From the NCBI RefSeq assembly GCF_006345805.1, contig NC_042997.1:193998001-194062000 (forward strand): a stretch of 64,000 nt of DNA, written 5' to 3'. Shown here one piece after another: positions 38,464-52,657 of this stretch (the stretch's first letter is position 1; each line of letters opens with the position of its first letter). Source of the stretch: Octopus sinensis. Taxonomy: Eukaryota. A program made the translations under genes and the position numbers. Below the pieces are notes generated by a model. It was not told where the DNA came from and did not search any database. It was given only the letters and a program-made list of their open reading frames with translations.

Positions 38464-39848
38464 ATGTATGTATGTATGTATGTATGTGTGTGTATGTATG
38501 TATGTATGTATGTATGTATGTATGTATGTATGTATGTATGTGTGTGTGTGTATGCATGAACAGCAAAGGAGGGATACTTGTAAAAGTGTGTGCATGACAC
38601 AGAGAGAGAGAGAGAAAGCGAATGAGTGTCTGGAGTGTGTACGTGTGTGTACGTGAGCGTATTTGTGCATGTGTTTGTGTATGTATCTGTTCGTGCTCGA
38701 GTGTGTGTGTGTGTGTATCTGGGTGCGTTTCTTTTGATGCATGTTTATGTACGTCAGGTTCTGTAATTTTACAAACCATCGTAGGCGTGAGGTAGAAAAA
38801 CATATCAAAAACAAAAAAAAACACAACAAAAAACCTAGAAAAAAAAACAAAAAAAGAGGTTCTAAATTAATAGTTGTTGTGTCAAAGAGCAGCCATGTAA
38901 AGAGGGAGATAAAACAAGACATTATTCAGTTCTGTTGCAAAGAGTTGGGTGTTTAGGTTAGAGAGAGAGAGAGAAAGTTTCTCTGTGTCATGGCCGACAA
39001 CGAGAAAACAAACATTACACACAGTGCAAGATATTCGCTACAATTGACCTTTTGTTTCATAACATGCTTCCATTGACGTTTGTTAGCTAACGGCCTGCAA
39101 CCTTGTAGCCTGCCTTGCAGCTCATCTTATCTATTATATCATCAATTCCATACATTGTGAAGTCTATCTTTCCTTCCTTCTTTTTTCTTACTTACTCTCT
39201 CTTCTGTATTCTCTCTCTCTCTCTTTTCCTCTTCCACACTCTCCCTCACTCTTTGCTTTCCTCGTCCAAACTCACTTTCTCCTTCTATCTCTTTCACTCG
39301 CGCTCGCTGTGTCTTCGGGCATATTATACATACAGACGAACAGGTACACGTAGATGTGTGTGTGTTTGTGTGTGTGCGCGCGCATGCGTGTGTGCATGCA
39401 TGCATCTTTTATCTTTTATCCGTTAAATGTTTCAGTCATTAGACTGTGGCAACGCTGGGGCACTGCCTTGAAAATTTTTTAGTCGAATGAATCGATCCCA
39501 GTGCTTATTTTATTTATTTATTTATCAATTCATTTATTTATTTACTTCTGCTAAATCTGGTTCTTATTCTATCACCCTCTTTTTGCCAAACTGCTAAGTT
39601 ACGGGGACATAAACACACTAACACCGGTTGTCAGGCGGTGGTGGGGGACAAATACAGAGACGAACACACACACATTTACATGTGTGTGTGTGTATATATA
39701 TGAATGCCTTCTTTTCAGTTTCCGTTTACCAAATCCACTCACAAGTTTTTGGTTTGTCCGAGGAAATAACAGAAGATACTTGCTCAGAGTGCCACGCAGT
39801 GGAACTGAATCCGGAACCATGTGGTTGGGAAGCAAGCTTCTTACCACA

Positions 39849-39889
<41 letters not shown>

Positions 39890-39930
39890 GTCTATCTGTC
39901 TATCTATCTCTCTATCTCTCTCTCTCTCTC

Positions 39931-39961
<31 letters not shown>

Positions 39962-40011
39962 ATATATATTATATATATATATATATCTATATATATATAT
40001 ATATATAATAT

Positions 40012-40055
<44 letters not shown>

Positions 40056-40237
40056 ATATATTATATATATATATATAATAGTATTTTATAGGCTTAAAGC
40101 GATCACCGCACAATGACTAAGAAAAATAGTCTAATAATGGAGCTTATAAGCGCACAGCAGAAAAAAATGTAGGTTTTCCCGTGTGCGTGGGACGCGAACC
40201 TACATCCTGAACGTGAAACATTCAGTAAAAGTACTCT

Positions 40238-40363
40238 AGAGTAAAGATTATTTGCCAACATAACGTGGCAGTCGTGATTAGGACGAATATTACTGTTATT
40301 TAGCTAAATAACAGTAACGTTCGTCCTAATCAGGACTGCCACATTATGTTGGCAAATAATCTT

Positions 40364-40369
<6 letters not shown>
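40238..40369. repeat. Spacer-less 132-bp palindrome
   Basis: 66-bp arms centred at 40303/40304 with 4 mismatched positions. Confidence 0.95.
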
Positions 40370-40436
<67 letters not shown>

Positions 40437-40889
40437 GAGAGAGAGAGAGAGAGAGAGAGATTGAGAGAGAGAGAGAGAGATTGAGAGAGAGAGAGAGTTT
40501 CTGTCAACCAAATTCACTCTTAAGGTTTTGGTCTGTCCAGAGTTATAATAAAAGACACTTGCTCAAGGTACTGCACAGTGGGACTGAACCCGAAACCACA
40601 TGGTAACAAAGCAAGCTTCTTCACCACACAACCATGCCTGCGTTTCGTGGTTGTGTCTTTGTTTTTTTTTTATTTTTCGTCCTTTCACTGTGTCAAGTTA
40701 ACTGTAGATATGTCAAAATGCAATTCGTGTGGTGTGGGAAAAACTAAAACAATTAAGTAACTATAACATGCAGTGTTACCCGATTCTGAACAACATGAAA
40801 TTGTAGAAATTAAATAAAATCACTTAAAACAACAGCCACCCTTTCCCAACCATCAAACATAAGGATTCGAAACGTGAGCGTGCGCGCAC

Positions 40890-41168
40890 CCACACATTAC
40901 ACACACACACACACTCTCTCTCTCTCTCTCACACACACGCATACTCTCTCTCTCTCTATCTCACACACACACACTCTCTCTCTCACACACACACACACAC
41001 ACTCTCTCTCTCTCTCACACACACGCATACTCTCTCTCTCTCTATCTCACACACACACACACTCTCTCTCTCTCACACACCCACACACTCTCTCTCTCAC
41101 ACACATACACACACACTCGCTCTCTCTTACACACACACACTCTCTCTCTCTTTCTCACACACACACCC

Positions 41169-41207
<39 letters not shown>

Positions 41208-41374
41208 CTCTCACACACACACACACTCTCTCTCACACACACACACACACTCTCTCTCTCTCACACACACATCATACACACACACACACGCACTCTCTCT
41301 CTTTCTCTCTCTCTCACACACACACACACGCACTCTCTCTCTCTCTCTCTCACACATACACACACACACACACA

Positions 41375-41408
<34 letters not shown>

Positions 41409-41450
41409 CACACACACACGCACACAAACACACATACACGCTCACTCATA
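40890..41450. repeat. Alternating (CA)n/(CT)n compound repeat
   Basis: Directly visible; source of the SLSHTHT ORF. Confidence 0.95.
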
Positions 41451-42019
41451 GCAACGCTGATGAGAAAATTACAGGCTCCAACTTATTTCTGGGATGGGTT
41501 TTTCTTTCTTTCAATTATTCATTCTTTCTTTCTTTTTTCTTCCTGATTTTTCTTAACTGCTATTTTTATGTAACTGTATTATAAGAGGCCATCCAAGTCG
41601 TCAAGTTGGCAGAATCGTTAGCATACCGGTCAATTTGCTCAGCAAAATTTTCTGTTTTCTTTTTTTAATGTTCTGTGTTCAAATTCCGCCGTGGTTGACT
41701 TTGCCTTTACTCCTATAAGTGTTGATAAAATAAGTACCAGTCGAGTACTGGGATATGAAATCGACTAACCCCCTTCATCCAAATTCCAGACCTTTTACCT
41801 TTAGTGGAAAGAATTATTACAGGCAGAGTTGCTTTGTCTTGTGGCCATGGCGCAAAAAGTCGTTTAGCGTTCGAAGTTGAAAGAATTGAGGATAGACTTC
41901 TTTCTCTCTGGTAAATCCCTCATCGATTTTTTAAGCTTCCACTAACTTGGAAATAAAAATGAGGGCGAAGAGGGAAGTGTTCTGTCCCAGTAAATTTGTC
42001 AATAGGTGGGAGATGGTGA

Positions 42020-42705
42020 CAAAATTAGTTATTAGTGATTAGCTGGCACCAACATTTCTTTGGCATTTCAAAAGCGCTGCATGAAAGTTACCAGGATGTG
42101 GCGAAAAAATATCCTCGTTTCAAACAGATATTTCCTCAGCCGCCTATTGTAGCCTTTATACGGAATAAGAATATAAGAGAATTAGTGACCTCTATATCTG
42201 ACTCTAAGAAAACGAATATTGGAGTATCTACACACTGTACCTAAAAGAACAGCCGCAAGAGAGGTAAGCCCAGTTCATTGTGCAACAACATGAGTGAAGT
42301 GAATTCCATCAGAAATCATAACAGAAATGTTATGATTTATACAGATAGGTGGAACATGTAAAGATTCCCGTTTGGTGTACGCTGCAGGATGCACAAAACA
42401 CAACTTAATTTAAGTTGGTTGCACAACAGAACAATTAAACAAAAGGTTTAATAGGCACAGATTCGACGCCAGGCACAATAACAACAGTTCGACAGAATTT
42501 GTTGAACATTTCGTTTCAAGCGGCTGCAATTTTGAAGAAGACTTGAAAGTGCATATTCTCAGAAAATATTCTGAATCTGCTTCACTTTCACTTCTCAGAA
42601 TCTATGAGGAAAAATATGTTTGCAGGTTATTAACATCACGCCCTGGAGGAATGAATAAGATGACAGGAGAATATCATCAAATTTATACAAAACTGTTTGA
42701 TTAAA
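42020..42705 (+). mobile_element. Penelope-like element, GIY-YIG region
   Basis: PPIVAFIRNKNIRELV; LVYAAGCTKH...VGCTTEQLNKRFNRH; RPGGMNK. Confidence 0.85.
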
Positions 42706-42893
42706 TATTTTTCTTACTCTCTTTTTCTTTCCTGTTTTCTTCTGTCGTCTTTTTTTTTTCTGTTTTTTTTCTGTCGTTTTCTTTTCGTCTGTTATAAAAA
42801 TGTAACTTAAAAACTGATGATGTCATTCCATCAACGTGTGGACGCTGGTTGCTCCCGTTTAAATTTCTGTAATTTTGAATTTTTATCACTTCT

Positions 42894-42943
42894 TAGTTTG
42901 AACTTGACAAAGACAGACGTACTGTTGAAATATCGTTCAACTA
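42894..42943 (+). ncRNA. Decayed hammerhead downstream of the Penelope ORF
   Basis: TAGTTTGAAC-TTGACAA-a.gacag.acgta.ctgtt-GAAATAT-C|GTTCAACTA; core has C3U and G8A changes. Confidence 0.6.
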
Positions 42944-42979
42944 ATAAAATATCTTACAATCCAATCGCGCTCTTCGTCT

Positions 42980-42999
42980 TGATTATTATTATTATTATA

Positions 43000-43096
<97 letters not shown>

Positions 43097-43170
43097 TATT
43101 ATTATATTATTATTACTAACTACTACTACTACTACTACTAACTACTACTACTACTACTACTACTACTTAC

Positions 43171-43208
<38 letters not shown>

Positions 43209-43272
43209 TATTATTATTATTATATCATCATCATCATCCATCATATCATCATCATCATCATCATCATCATCA

Positions 43273-43354
<82 letters not shown>

Positions 43355-43362
43355 TATTATTA

Positions 43363-43401
<39 letters not shown>

Positions 43402-43420
43402 GGCGACGAGCTGGCAGAAT
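42980..43420. repeat. (ATT)/(ACT)/(ATC) trinucleotide mosaic
   Basis: Directly visible. Confidence 0.95.
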
Positions 43421-44136
43421 CGTTAGCACGCCGAAATGCTTAGCAACCTTACGTTCTGAGTTCAAATTCCGCCGAAGTCGACTTTGCTTTTCATCATTTG
43501 GGGGACGATGTAATCGACCGAATCCCTCCCCTAAATTGCTGGCTTTGTGCCAAAATTTGGAACCATTATTATCATTATTATTATTATTATTAAGGTAGTG
43601 AGCTTGCAGAATTGTTAGTATGCCGGGTAAAATGCATTTATGGCATTTCATCCGTTTTTACGTCTCAGTTCAAATTCCATCGAGGTCGACTTTGCCTTTC
43701 ACTCTTTCGAGATCGATGAAATAAGTACCAGTCGAGCACCGTATTCTAAGCCTTGTGCCTATAGTAGAAAAGGATTGTTATTAAGGCAACGAGATAGCAA
43801 AATCGTTAGCTCGTCGGACAAAATGCTTCGTGACATTTTGTCTGTCTTTATGTTCTCAGTTCGAATTCCGATAGGTTCATTGCTATTATTTTTAAACTAG
43901 AACGTGCTAACTTAACAAGTTTCCACAAATCTCAAGAATATTCCTTGGAATTCATGCAGAATAAAGGATGGTATTTTTATGCGGGTCGACAAAGCGAATA
44001 TCTCTTTCTAAACCGATATGCATAATGTATTCAAATAAGGTTTGATGAGTAAGGCATGCCCTGTCAGGACAAGGAACAACAGTATCAGCAGCAATCACAA
44101 GCACAGCACCAAGGACGAGAACAGCAACAACAACAG

Positions 44137-44480
44137 TGGAGGCGCAATGGCCCAATGGTTAGGGCAGCGGACTCGCGGTCGGAGGATTGCGGTTTCGATT
44201 CCCAGACCAGGCGTTGTGTGTTTATCGAGCGAAAACGCCTAAAGCTCCACGAGGCTCCGGCAGGGGGTGGTGGCGACCCCTGTTGTACTCTTTCGCTCCA
44301 ACTTTCTCTCACTCTTTCTTCCTGTTTCTTGTCCCCGACTTCCTACGCAACCGCTCAGCCTGGATGCGCATTCATCCGTCCGTCGATGCTCTCAGTGTCG
44401 GGGGTTGACCTGCTTTCTCTTCTGCGGGTCTTACGAATAGTAAAGGACCACGTATCGGACTTCTCCCACTCTGGGCCGAA
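44137..44480 (+). mobile_element. tRNA-headed SINE (family D)
   Basis: TGGCCCAATGG A-box, GGTTTCGATTCC B-box; related heads at 45860 and 62785. Confidence 0.8.
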
Positions 44481-44539
44481 GACCGCTACGCTCAACAGCA
44501 TCAACAACAATAATAATTACATTACAAATAATCCTCGCA

Positions 44540-45155
44540 AGAGTGGCTGCGTGGTAAGAAGCTTGCTTCCCGAGGTGTAATGTCTCCTTCTTTTATTAAT
44601 GAACATTATGAACAGTAGTAAGAGGTTTGTTGCCTCATGCATGATATATATGAGAACAATGTTTTCGGGAAACAAACGATCGGCGGGCGTTGCTTGTTTC
44701 CCCCATTAATTATCATTTTCACTTTTCATCTCATATAACATTATGTCTGTGTCCAGCCCACAGCTTCCTTTTCCTCTGTGTAAGGCCTTTATGGCCAATT
44801 TAATGAAATAAAGAAGCTTGCTTCTCAACCACATGGTTCCTGGTTCAGTCCCACTGCGTGGCACCTTCGGCAAGTGACTTCTACTATAACCTCGGGCCGA
44901 CCAATGCCTTGTAAGTGGATTTGGTAGACGGAAACTGAAAGAAGCCTGTATATATGTGTGTATGTGTGTGTGTATTTCTTCTCACCATCACTTGACAACC
45001 AATGTTGGTGTGTTTACATCCCCGTTACCTAGAGGTTCGGTAAAAGAAACCTATAGACGAAGTACTAGGCTTACAAAGAATAAGTCCTGGGGTCGATATC
45101 TCTCTTCGACTAAAGGCAGTGCTGCAGCATGGCCGCAGTCCAATGACTGAAACAA
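44540..45155 (+). mobile_element. SINE family B interrupted in its head
   Basis: Head split by the 44570-44810 insertion. Confidence 0.85.
44570..44810 (+). mobile_element. 5'-truncated Tx1-like 3' UTR inserted in the SINE-B head
   Basis: TSD AAGAAGCTTGCTTC at 44556-44569 and 44811-44824; homologous to the reverse complement of 54362-54530. Confidence 0.8.
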
Positions 45156-45469
45156 AGAGAAAACGAATAAAAGGGCGGATGTGTAAAGCATGCTTTATCA
45201 GGACAAGAAGCAACAGTAACAACAGCAGCCGTTCATGAATTTGGACCTGGAGATCTCCATTTCCAGCGACTTCGAGGGCCACCTCCCAGTGGTGTCAGGC
45301 GTCAACAAAGAGCCCTCCACTACAACAAGACGACCAAAGTTTTTTCTTTTTTTTTTCCAAGGTCTGGGGTCTCCCGCCCCTAAGCCCTAGACCATCACCT
45401 AATCACTTTTACCCATCTTGTTGTAACAACAACAAGAACAACATCCATCAGTAGCAATTACAAACACAG

Positions 45470-45860
45470 AACAACGATGGATGGAAGCACTCCGTCGGTT
45501 ACGACGACGAGGGTTCCGGTTGATCCGATCAACGGAACAGCTTGCTCGTGAAATTAACGTGTACGTGGCTGAGCACTCCACAGACACGTGTACCCTTAAC
45601 GTAATTCTCGGGGAGATTTTCAGCGTGACACAGAATATGACAAGGCTGGCCCCTTTGAAATACAGGTACAACAGAAACAGGAAGTAAGAGTGAGAGAAAG
45701 TTGTGGTGAAAGAGTACATCAGGGATCACCACCATCCCTGCCGGAGCCTCGTGGAGCTTTTAGGTGTTTTCGCTCAATAAACACTCACAACGCCCGGTAT
45801 GGGAATCGAAACCACGATCCTACGACCGCGAGTCCGCTGCCCTAATCACTGGGCCATTGT
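45470..45860 (-). mobile_element. SINE family D head with a different body/tail
   Basis: Head homologous to 44137; diverges after about 190 bp. Confidence 0.75.
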
Positions 45861-46169
45861 GCCTCCACTCTACAGAACAACGATAACAGTACAAATAATC
45901 TGTGAAAATCTATCACGTCCAATTTGTACTTTTGTAGTTATTTGTTTGTTCATTTTTATTTTATCTTGTTTTATTCCTTGATAAGAAATTTGGATCTGGG
46001 ACAGCGTGTGTGCTTTTTTTAATTTTTTTTTTTTCGTTTTTTTTTTCACTGTCTCAGAAACAAAGAAAACAGGAAAATATAATCTCATTCAATTTCTTCA
46101 ATAATGGGAACCAAATTTTATTTTATGCTATCTCTCTTACATATGCACACACACATATTCATATATATA

Positions 46170-46215
<46 letters not shown>

Positions 46216-46626
46216 TAATATATATATATACATATACAGACTAACACGTCCAATCTTACATTTAGTTGAATGTATATAAATATCATAGACAGAAGCATAC
46301 GCGAGTAAACAAGCGTACATGAACACACGGAAAACTGCGATTATATGTTACATACATACATGCATACAGAGTTCAAATTAGTATTAGTATCTATGAATAC
46401 ATACATACATATATATGTATATATATAAATATAAACGTGTGTATTTGTGTATATTCATATATACATATACATGCTTACATATATATACACACACATACAC
46501 ATATACTATACATATATACCACTTATGCCTATATGTAAACATATATGTACATCATACAAACAAGTTCAAGAATGCATGTAATATCTATACCAGTAACATC
46601 TATCTATCTAACTACCTCTCTCTCTG

Positions 46627-46665
<39 letters not shown>

Positions 46666-47367
46666 TTGTGTGTGTATATACATATATATATATATATACA
46701 TACACACACACACACATATATATATATATGTATATATACATACATATATATATATATACATATATACATATATATGAATATATATACCTACTAATATATG
46801 TACATACAAGCATATACATACACATACATTTACAGATATATATACACATACATATATTTTTATATATATATATATATATACACACACGCACATACATACA
46901 TATCTATATATATACACGCATACATACACATACACACGTAAATATACATAAGAACTTATATATACATACGTGCATACACAAAAACAAAAATAGGTAGACA
47001 AAATCATGTACATACACTCACACACTGGCACACGCACACACGCACACGCACACACGCGCACGCATACATGCAAGAATACACACACAAACACACACACACA
47101 CACTCACGGATTGACTTTAACTAAGGAAAAAGAAAAAAAGAAAACTTCTCACACTCCCAGTGTCATGAATATCTGCAAAGCTTTTACTATTCTACTGGAA
47201 TATTCCAGCCATTATAATCACAGCAAGATGGATTTGTTTGTCTCTTTATCTCCGCTAAGTTTATCTGAAAGAAAACAAAAGGAAAAAAGTCGTGAGACAG
47301 CGAAAATCTTGTAGAAAAAATTCCAAAACAAGTTATGTCTGAAAACATTTAATACATTTCACATATA

Positions 47368-47985
47368 AGGCGGCGAGCTGGCAGAATCGTTAGCACGCCC
47401 GGCGAAATGCTTAGCTGTATTTCGTCTGCCGCTACGTTCTGAGTTCAAATTCCGCCGAGGTCGACTTTGCCTTTCATCCTTTCGGGGTCGATTAAATAAG
47501 TACCAGTTACGCACTGGGGTCGATATAATCGACTTAATCCCTCTGTCTGTCCTTGTTTGTCCTCTCTGTGTTTAGCCCCTTGTGGGTAGTAAAGAAATAG
47601 GTATTTCGTCTGCCGCTACGTTCTGAGTTCAAATTCCGCCGAGGTTGACTTTGCCTTTCATCCTTTCGGGGTCGATTAAATATGTACCAGTTATACACTG
47701 GGGTAGATATAATCGACTTAATCCGTTTGTTTGTCCTTGTTTGTACCCTCTGTGTGTAGCCCCTTGTGGGCAGTAAAGAAATAAGAAACTTTAGCACACC
47801 AGATGAAATGCTTCGCGGTATTTCATCTATCTTTACGTTCTGAGTTCAAATTTCGCCGGGATTGACTTTGCCTTTCATCCTTTCGGGCTCTATAAATTAA
47901 GTACCAGTTGCGTACTGGGGTCTATCTAATCGTCTGGGCCCCTTCCCTAAAATTTCAGGCCTTTCGCCTTGAGTAGAAAAGAATA
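47368..47985 (+). mobile_element. SINE family A trimer
   Basis: 184-bp junction at 47600; second junction type AAATA|AGAAACTTTAGC near 47783. Confidence 0.85.
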
Positions 47986-48029
47986 CATTTCACATATACT
48001 CAGTAATTACAGCATTTTTGGTCTCGCAA

Positions 48030-48232
48030 TGCCTCGCCATGATAGATCGCTAGCCACTACACATTCTTTATTTTCTCTCCTTGTTTCTTTCTGTGTTCCT
48101 TTCTGTGGAAGAGCGTAGGCTCGAAACGTTAAAGACTTTTTCACTTCCCGAGCATTAAACTAATACATCTATTTTTTGTCTACACCACCTGTCTTCGTCT
48201 TCTGTCGTTTTTTTTGTGTGTAAATTCTCCCT
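48030..48232 (+). mobile_element. TA-associated Penelope-type terminal repeat with a hammerhead-like motif (48099-48134)
   Basis: CTTT-CTGTGGA-agagcgtaggctc-GAAACGT-T|AAAG. Confidence 0.65.
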
Positions 48233-48237
48233 GTATG

Positions 48238-48269
<32 letters not shown>

Positions 48270-48316
48270 TGTATGTGTGTATGTATGTATGTATATATAT
48301 ATATATATGTGTGTGT

Positions 48317-48368
<52 letters not shown>

Positions 48369-48777
48369 CATTATTCAGTTTATTTCAAGATTTCTTGCCA
48401 ATAGAGAAATAACCGGTTTCTAACCTAGATCCAAGGCTCGTTTATTGGGATTTTAACATCATCAACGGGGTCTTTTTTATGTATGTATGTATGTATGTAT
48501 GTATGTATGTATGTATGTATGTATGTATGATGTATGTATGTATGTATGTATATATGAATGTATGTATGTATGTATGTATGTATGTATGTATGTATTCATA
48601 CTTGCTTCAGCCACAGGACTGCGGCTATCATGGGGCACTGCCTTGAAGAATTTAAGTCGAACAATTCGATTTCATTATTTTATTTCTCTCATTCAAGCCG
48701 GCTTCTTATTCTATCGGTCTCTTTTGTCAAACCAGTTGTCAAGCGGTGGCGGGTATAAATACACACACACATACATG

Positions 48778-48810
<33 letters not shown>

Positions 48811-48820
48811 CACACACGCA

Positions 48821-48864
<44 letters not shown>

Positions 48865-49693
48865 GCACACGCGCATGCACACACACACAGTGGGCTTCTT
48901 TCAGTTTACGTCTATGTTGTTCGGCTCGAAGACACATACCCAAGTTGCCACGCAGAGAGACAGAATCCAGAACCATTGGGTTGTGAAGGTAACTTATTAC
49001 CACACAGCCACGCGTGCGCCTATCTATACATACATACATACATACAAACATACATACATACATACATACATACATACATACATACATACATACATACCTA
49101 CATACATACATATCTACCGTACTACACATACATACATACAAACATACATACATACATACATACATACATACATACAGAACATATACATACTACATACACA
49201 CATACATACATACATACATCATACAAACATACATACTACATACATAATACATACATACAGAATACATACACACAACATACATACAGCACTTACATACATA
49301 AAAGATATATACATACACATACATACATACATACATACATACAACATACATACATACATACATACAAACATACATACAATACTTACATACACACATACAT
49401 ACACACCAACATACATACATACACCATACATACACATACATACATACATACATACATACATACATACATACATACGTAACGATTAATCCAAAAACTTGAA
49501 TATTGACTTTTATCAGATACTTTGTATATTATAGATAAATATATAAATATACGATAAATAAGACCCCAAAGTACGACATGTAGATGCATATAACGCTGAA
49601 GGGTTAAACCTGATTGATTTGTAAATTTGCTTTCACCAATTATCATATATAATATATATATATATATACATACATATTATATATATTATATAT

Positions 49694-49727
<34 letters not shown>

Positions 49728-50242
49728 GATATATATATATAATATATAAACATACATATATATATACATACATGTATATATAGTCAATTCAATGAACAAA
49801 CTATTCAAAAGCCGAATGAAAAAACGAAGAGAAAACAACGAACGTGGGAACGTGCACAAGAATTATATTAGTTTGACACTCGGTGAAAGAATAAAGGAAT
49901 AGGTCCAAAGAATAAGAAGGAAAATTGCCAACTACCCTCGTGTGGTTACATTTCTGAAATAAAAGGAGAGGAGGTATGAGGGATGAGCATATTTATTTAG
50001 CCACTCGATATCCGTAGGATTACAGCCGTGTCCCAACCGTCTTCATGTGGTAATGATTTCAGAGCCGAATGAAATGTTGTTCGAATTAATATGCATGCTA
50101 CGCATTTTTCAATACAATTGTATATTTGCACTGATTTGTGAATATACAATTGTATTGAATAATGCATATTAATTCAAACATGTAAACATAATTTTATTCC
50201 ACACCGACCTGTGGGAAAGGACGAACTCGGAGCCCATACATG

Positions 50243-50500
50243 TTCAGATTAGACGAAGGAAATGGAGATGGATCGGACACACACTGCAGAAAGAGCCCTC
50301 AAATGTGATACGACAAGCACTTGACTGGAACCCGCAGGGGAAAAGGAAGCAAGGACGCCCGAAGCAGACATGGAAGCGGAGCATATTGGACGAGCTCAGG
50401 ACCACCGGCCTGACATGGGAAGCAGCCAAGAAACACGCCAAAAGTGGAAAACAACTGTTGAGGTCCTATGCTCCTATGCTCCTCAAGGAACAAAAAGGAT
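50243..50500 (+). mobile_element. RTE-clade LINE 3' fragment
   Basis: RRRKWRWIGHTL...RQALDWNPQGKRKQGRPKQTW. Confidence 0.85.
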
Positions 50501-50959
50501 TAAGAAGAAGCTCATCAGATAATCAGAACCTCCTGGCTACACCAACGATCCAACTCCGGGAGTCAACGCTAAAACTGCTGCGCCTAATAGTCTCATTAAA
50601 CTGTTTAGGCCATTACATTTCACATAATATCATCACACCATGTCCGAATATATTCTTATGATGGTGGTCATAGCTTTGGAGTTAATTCTACCATGTCTAT
50701 ATTGATTGTCATATCTAGGCGTTTTACCTGTAACTGCGTTTTACCTGTAACTCTTTGCGCATCCGATACTTGGTTGTTATTTCATGTTCCTGGATTGTGA
50801 AAACATATTCTTCAATGTGAAAACTAACACACATGTTAGACGACTTTGGTTCGATACTACAATCAGTTTTTCTGCTTAATCCTTCATTCAGATCAGTAGT
50901 TCCCAACCGGGGTCCATATGATCCTCGGGGATCCACAGAAGATTTTCATATTAAAATTC

Positions 50960-51160
50960 ATTGGCTGTGTGGTAAGTAGCTTGCTTACCAATCACATGGT
51001 TCTGAGTTCAGTCCTACTGCGTGGCACCTTGGGCAAGTGTCTTCTTCTATAGCCTCGGGCCGACCAAAGCCTTGTGAGTGGATTGGTAGACGGAAAATGA
51101 AAGAAGCCCATCGTATATATATGTATATATATACAACCTTCTCTTCTCTCTCTCTATATA

Positions 51161-51239
<79 letters not shown>

Positions 51240-51450
51240 GGTGTGGTATATGTTTGTGTGTCTGTTTTTGTCCCCCCAGCATCCCTTGACAATTGTGGTG
51301 TGTTTACGTCTTCGTAACTTAGCAGTTCGGCAAGAGAGACCGATAGAATAAGTACTAGGCTTACAAAGAAATAAGTCCTGGGGGGTCGATTTGCTCGACT
51401 AAAAGGCGGCACTCCAGCATGGCCGCAGTCAAACGACTGAAACAAAAAAA
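50960..51450 (+). mobile_element. SINE family B
   Basis: Head to tail recognisable. Confidence 0.85.
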
Positions 51451-51588
51451 AACAAAAAAAATAAAAGAATAACCGTTGATGTAATATATACATTTCTACT
51501 TGGCGAATATTTGTTTCATTTTTTTATTTAATAACAAGAAATTTCATGTCGACGTTCCCAGTCTTTATATATTTCCGATGAAATAATA

Positions 51589-51688
51589 NNNNNNNNNNNN
51601 NNNNNNNNNNNNNNNNNNNNNNNNNNNNNNNNNNNNNNNNNNNNNNNNNNNNNNNNNNNNNNNNNNNNNNNNNNNNNNNNNNNNNNNN
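51589..51688. other. Assembly gap (100 N)
   Basis: Directly visible. Confidence 1.
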
Positions 51689-51899
51689 TGTATGTTTGTA
51701 TGTATGTATGTAGGCTGTGCTGGAAACAGTTTTCGTTAAACATATCGAGTCATTAAGTTATACAACATAAAGTGACCCAACACATACAACACCTGTTTTT
51801 AGACCGTTGTAAACATACAATCGAGCTCGGAAACGACATAATACATACATACATACATACATACATACATACATACATACATACATACATACATGCATA

Positions 51900-52070
51900 C
51901 ATAGTGGAAATTTATAGAAAAACAAAAGATGAAGACAGGTGCAGGAACAACAAGCAAGTGTATTAGTTTGACACTCGAGAAAAATGGAAAAGTCTTTTAC
52001 GTTTCGAGCCTACGCTCTTCGACAGAAAAGAATAAGAGAAAATAAATAGAGAGAGAATGGGAAAAAACGT
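51900..52070 (-). mobile_element. Penelope-type terminal repeat with a hammerhead-like motif (51994-52030)
   Basis: TTTT-CTGTCGA-agagcgtaggctc-GAAACGT-A|AAAG. Confidence 0.6.
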
Positions 52071-52657
52071 GTAGTGTTCAGAGATCCAACGTGGCAAATG
52101 ATTGAAAAAAGAGGTTCTATGGAAGGGAGATAATAATGGTGGTGATATGATGGTGATCCCAACAAGTGTATATTTGAGAATGGTGTGTGAGTGTGTAAGT
52201 GTCTGTGTGTGAATAAGGGCAAGTGAGTTTGATGTTTGTGTGTGTGTGCGTGCATAACGTGTGTGCGTGTGTAACTTGTGTGCGTGTTTGAAGGTGTTAT
52301 GGATATGTGTATAATGGCGTGTGAAGTGAATGAGTTGAACAGTGTGTATGGGGTGTGTCTAGTGATGCGTGTATTTGAGGGTACCGAGGTGGACGGTATG
52401 CAGATGTGTAGGTGGAGGGGCAGTTGAATGTGGGAGATGTGTGGGAATCCATGTGGAGCTAGTGTAAAATGAAGAGAAGTGGTGAGGTTGGTAAGTTGAG
52501 AGGTAAGTTGAGACCATGTGGCGCAAAAGAACGAAGAGAAAAGATTAATTGAAGGCCGAAGTCTGGGTGTCTCCTGTGCAGAGACAGTCTGAACACAGAC
52601 AGATGTTGTAGCGTTTGATAGAGTTTGATGAGTTTGATGTCTTACATACATACATAC

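Noticed and set aside
38985-39075. GTCATGG start with short ORF MADNEK...
   Set aside because: Early stop, no donor site or homology
48405-48475. TTGATGA...GAAACCGGTT hammerhead-like motif on the minus strand
   Set aside because: Palindromic helix III is present, but helices I and II do not pair convincingly
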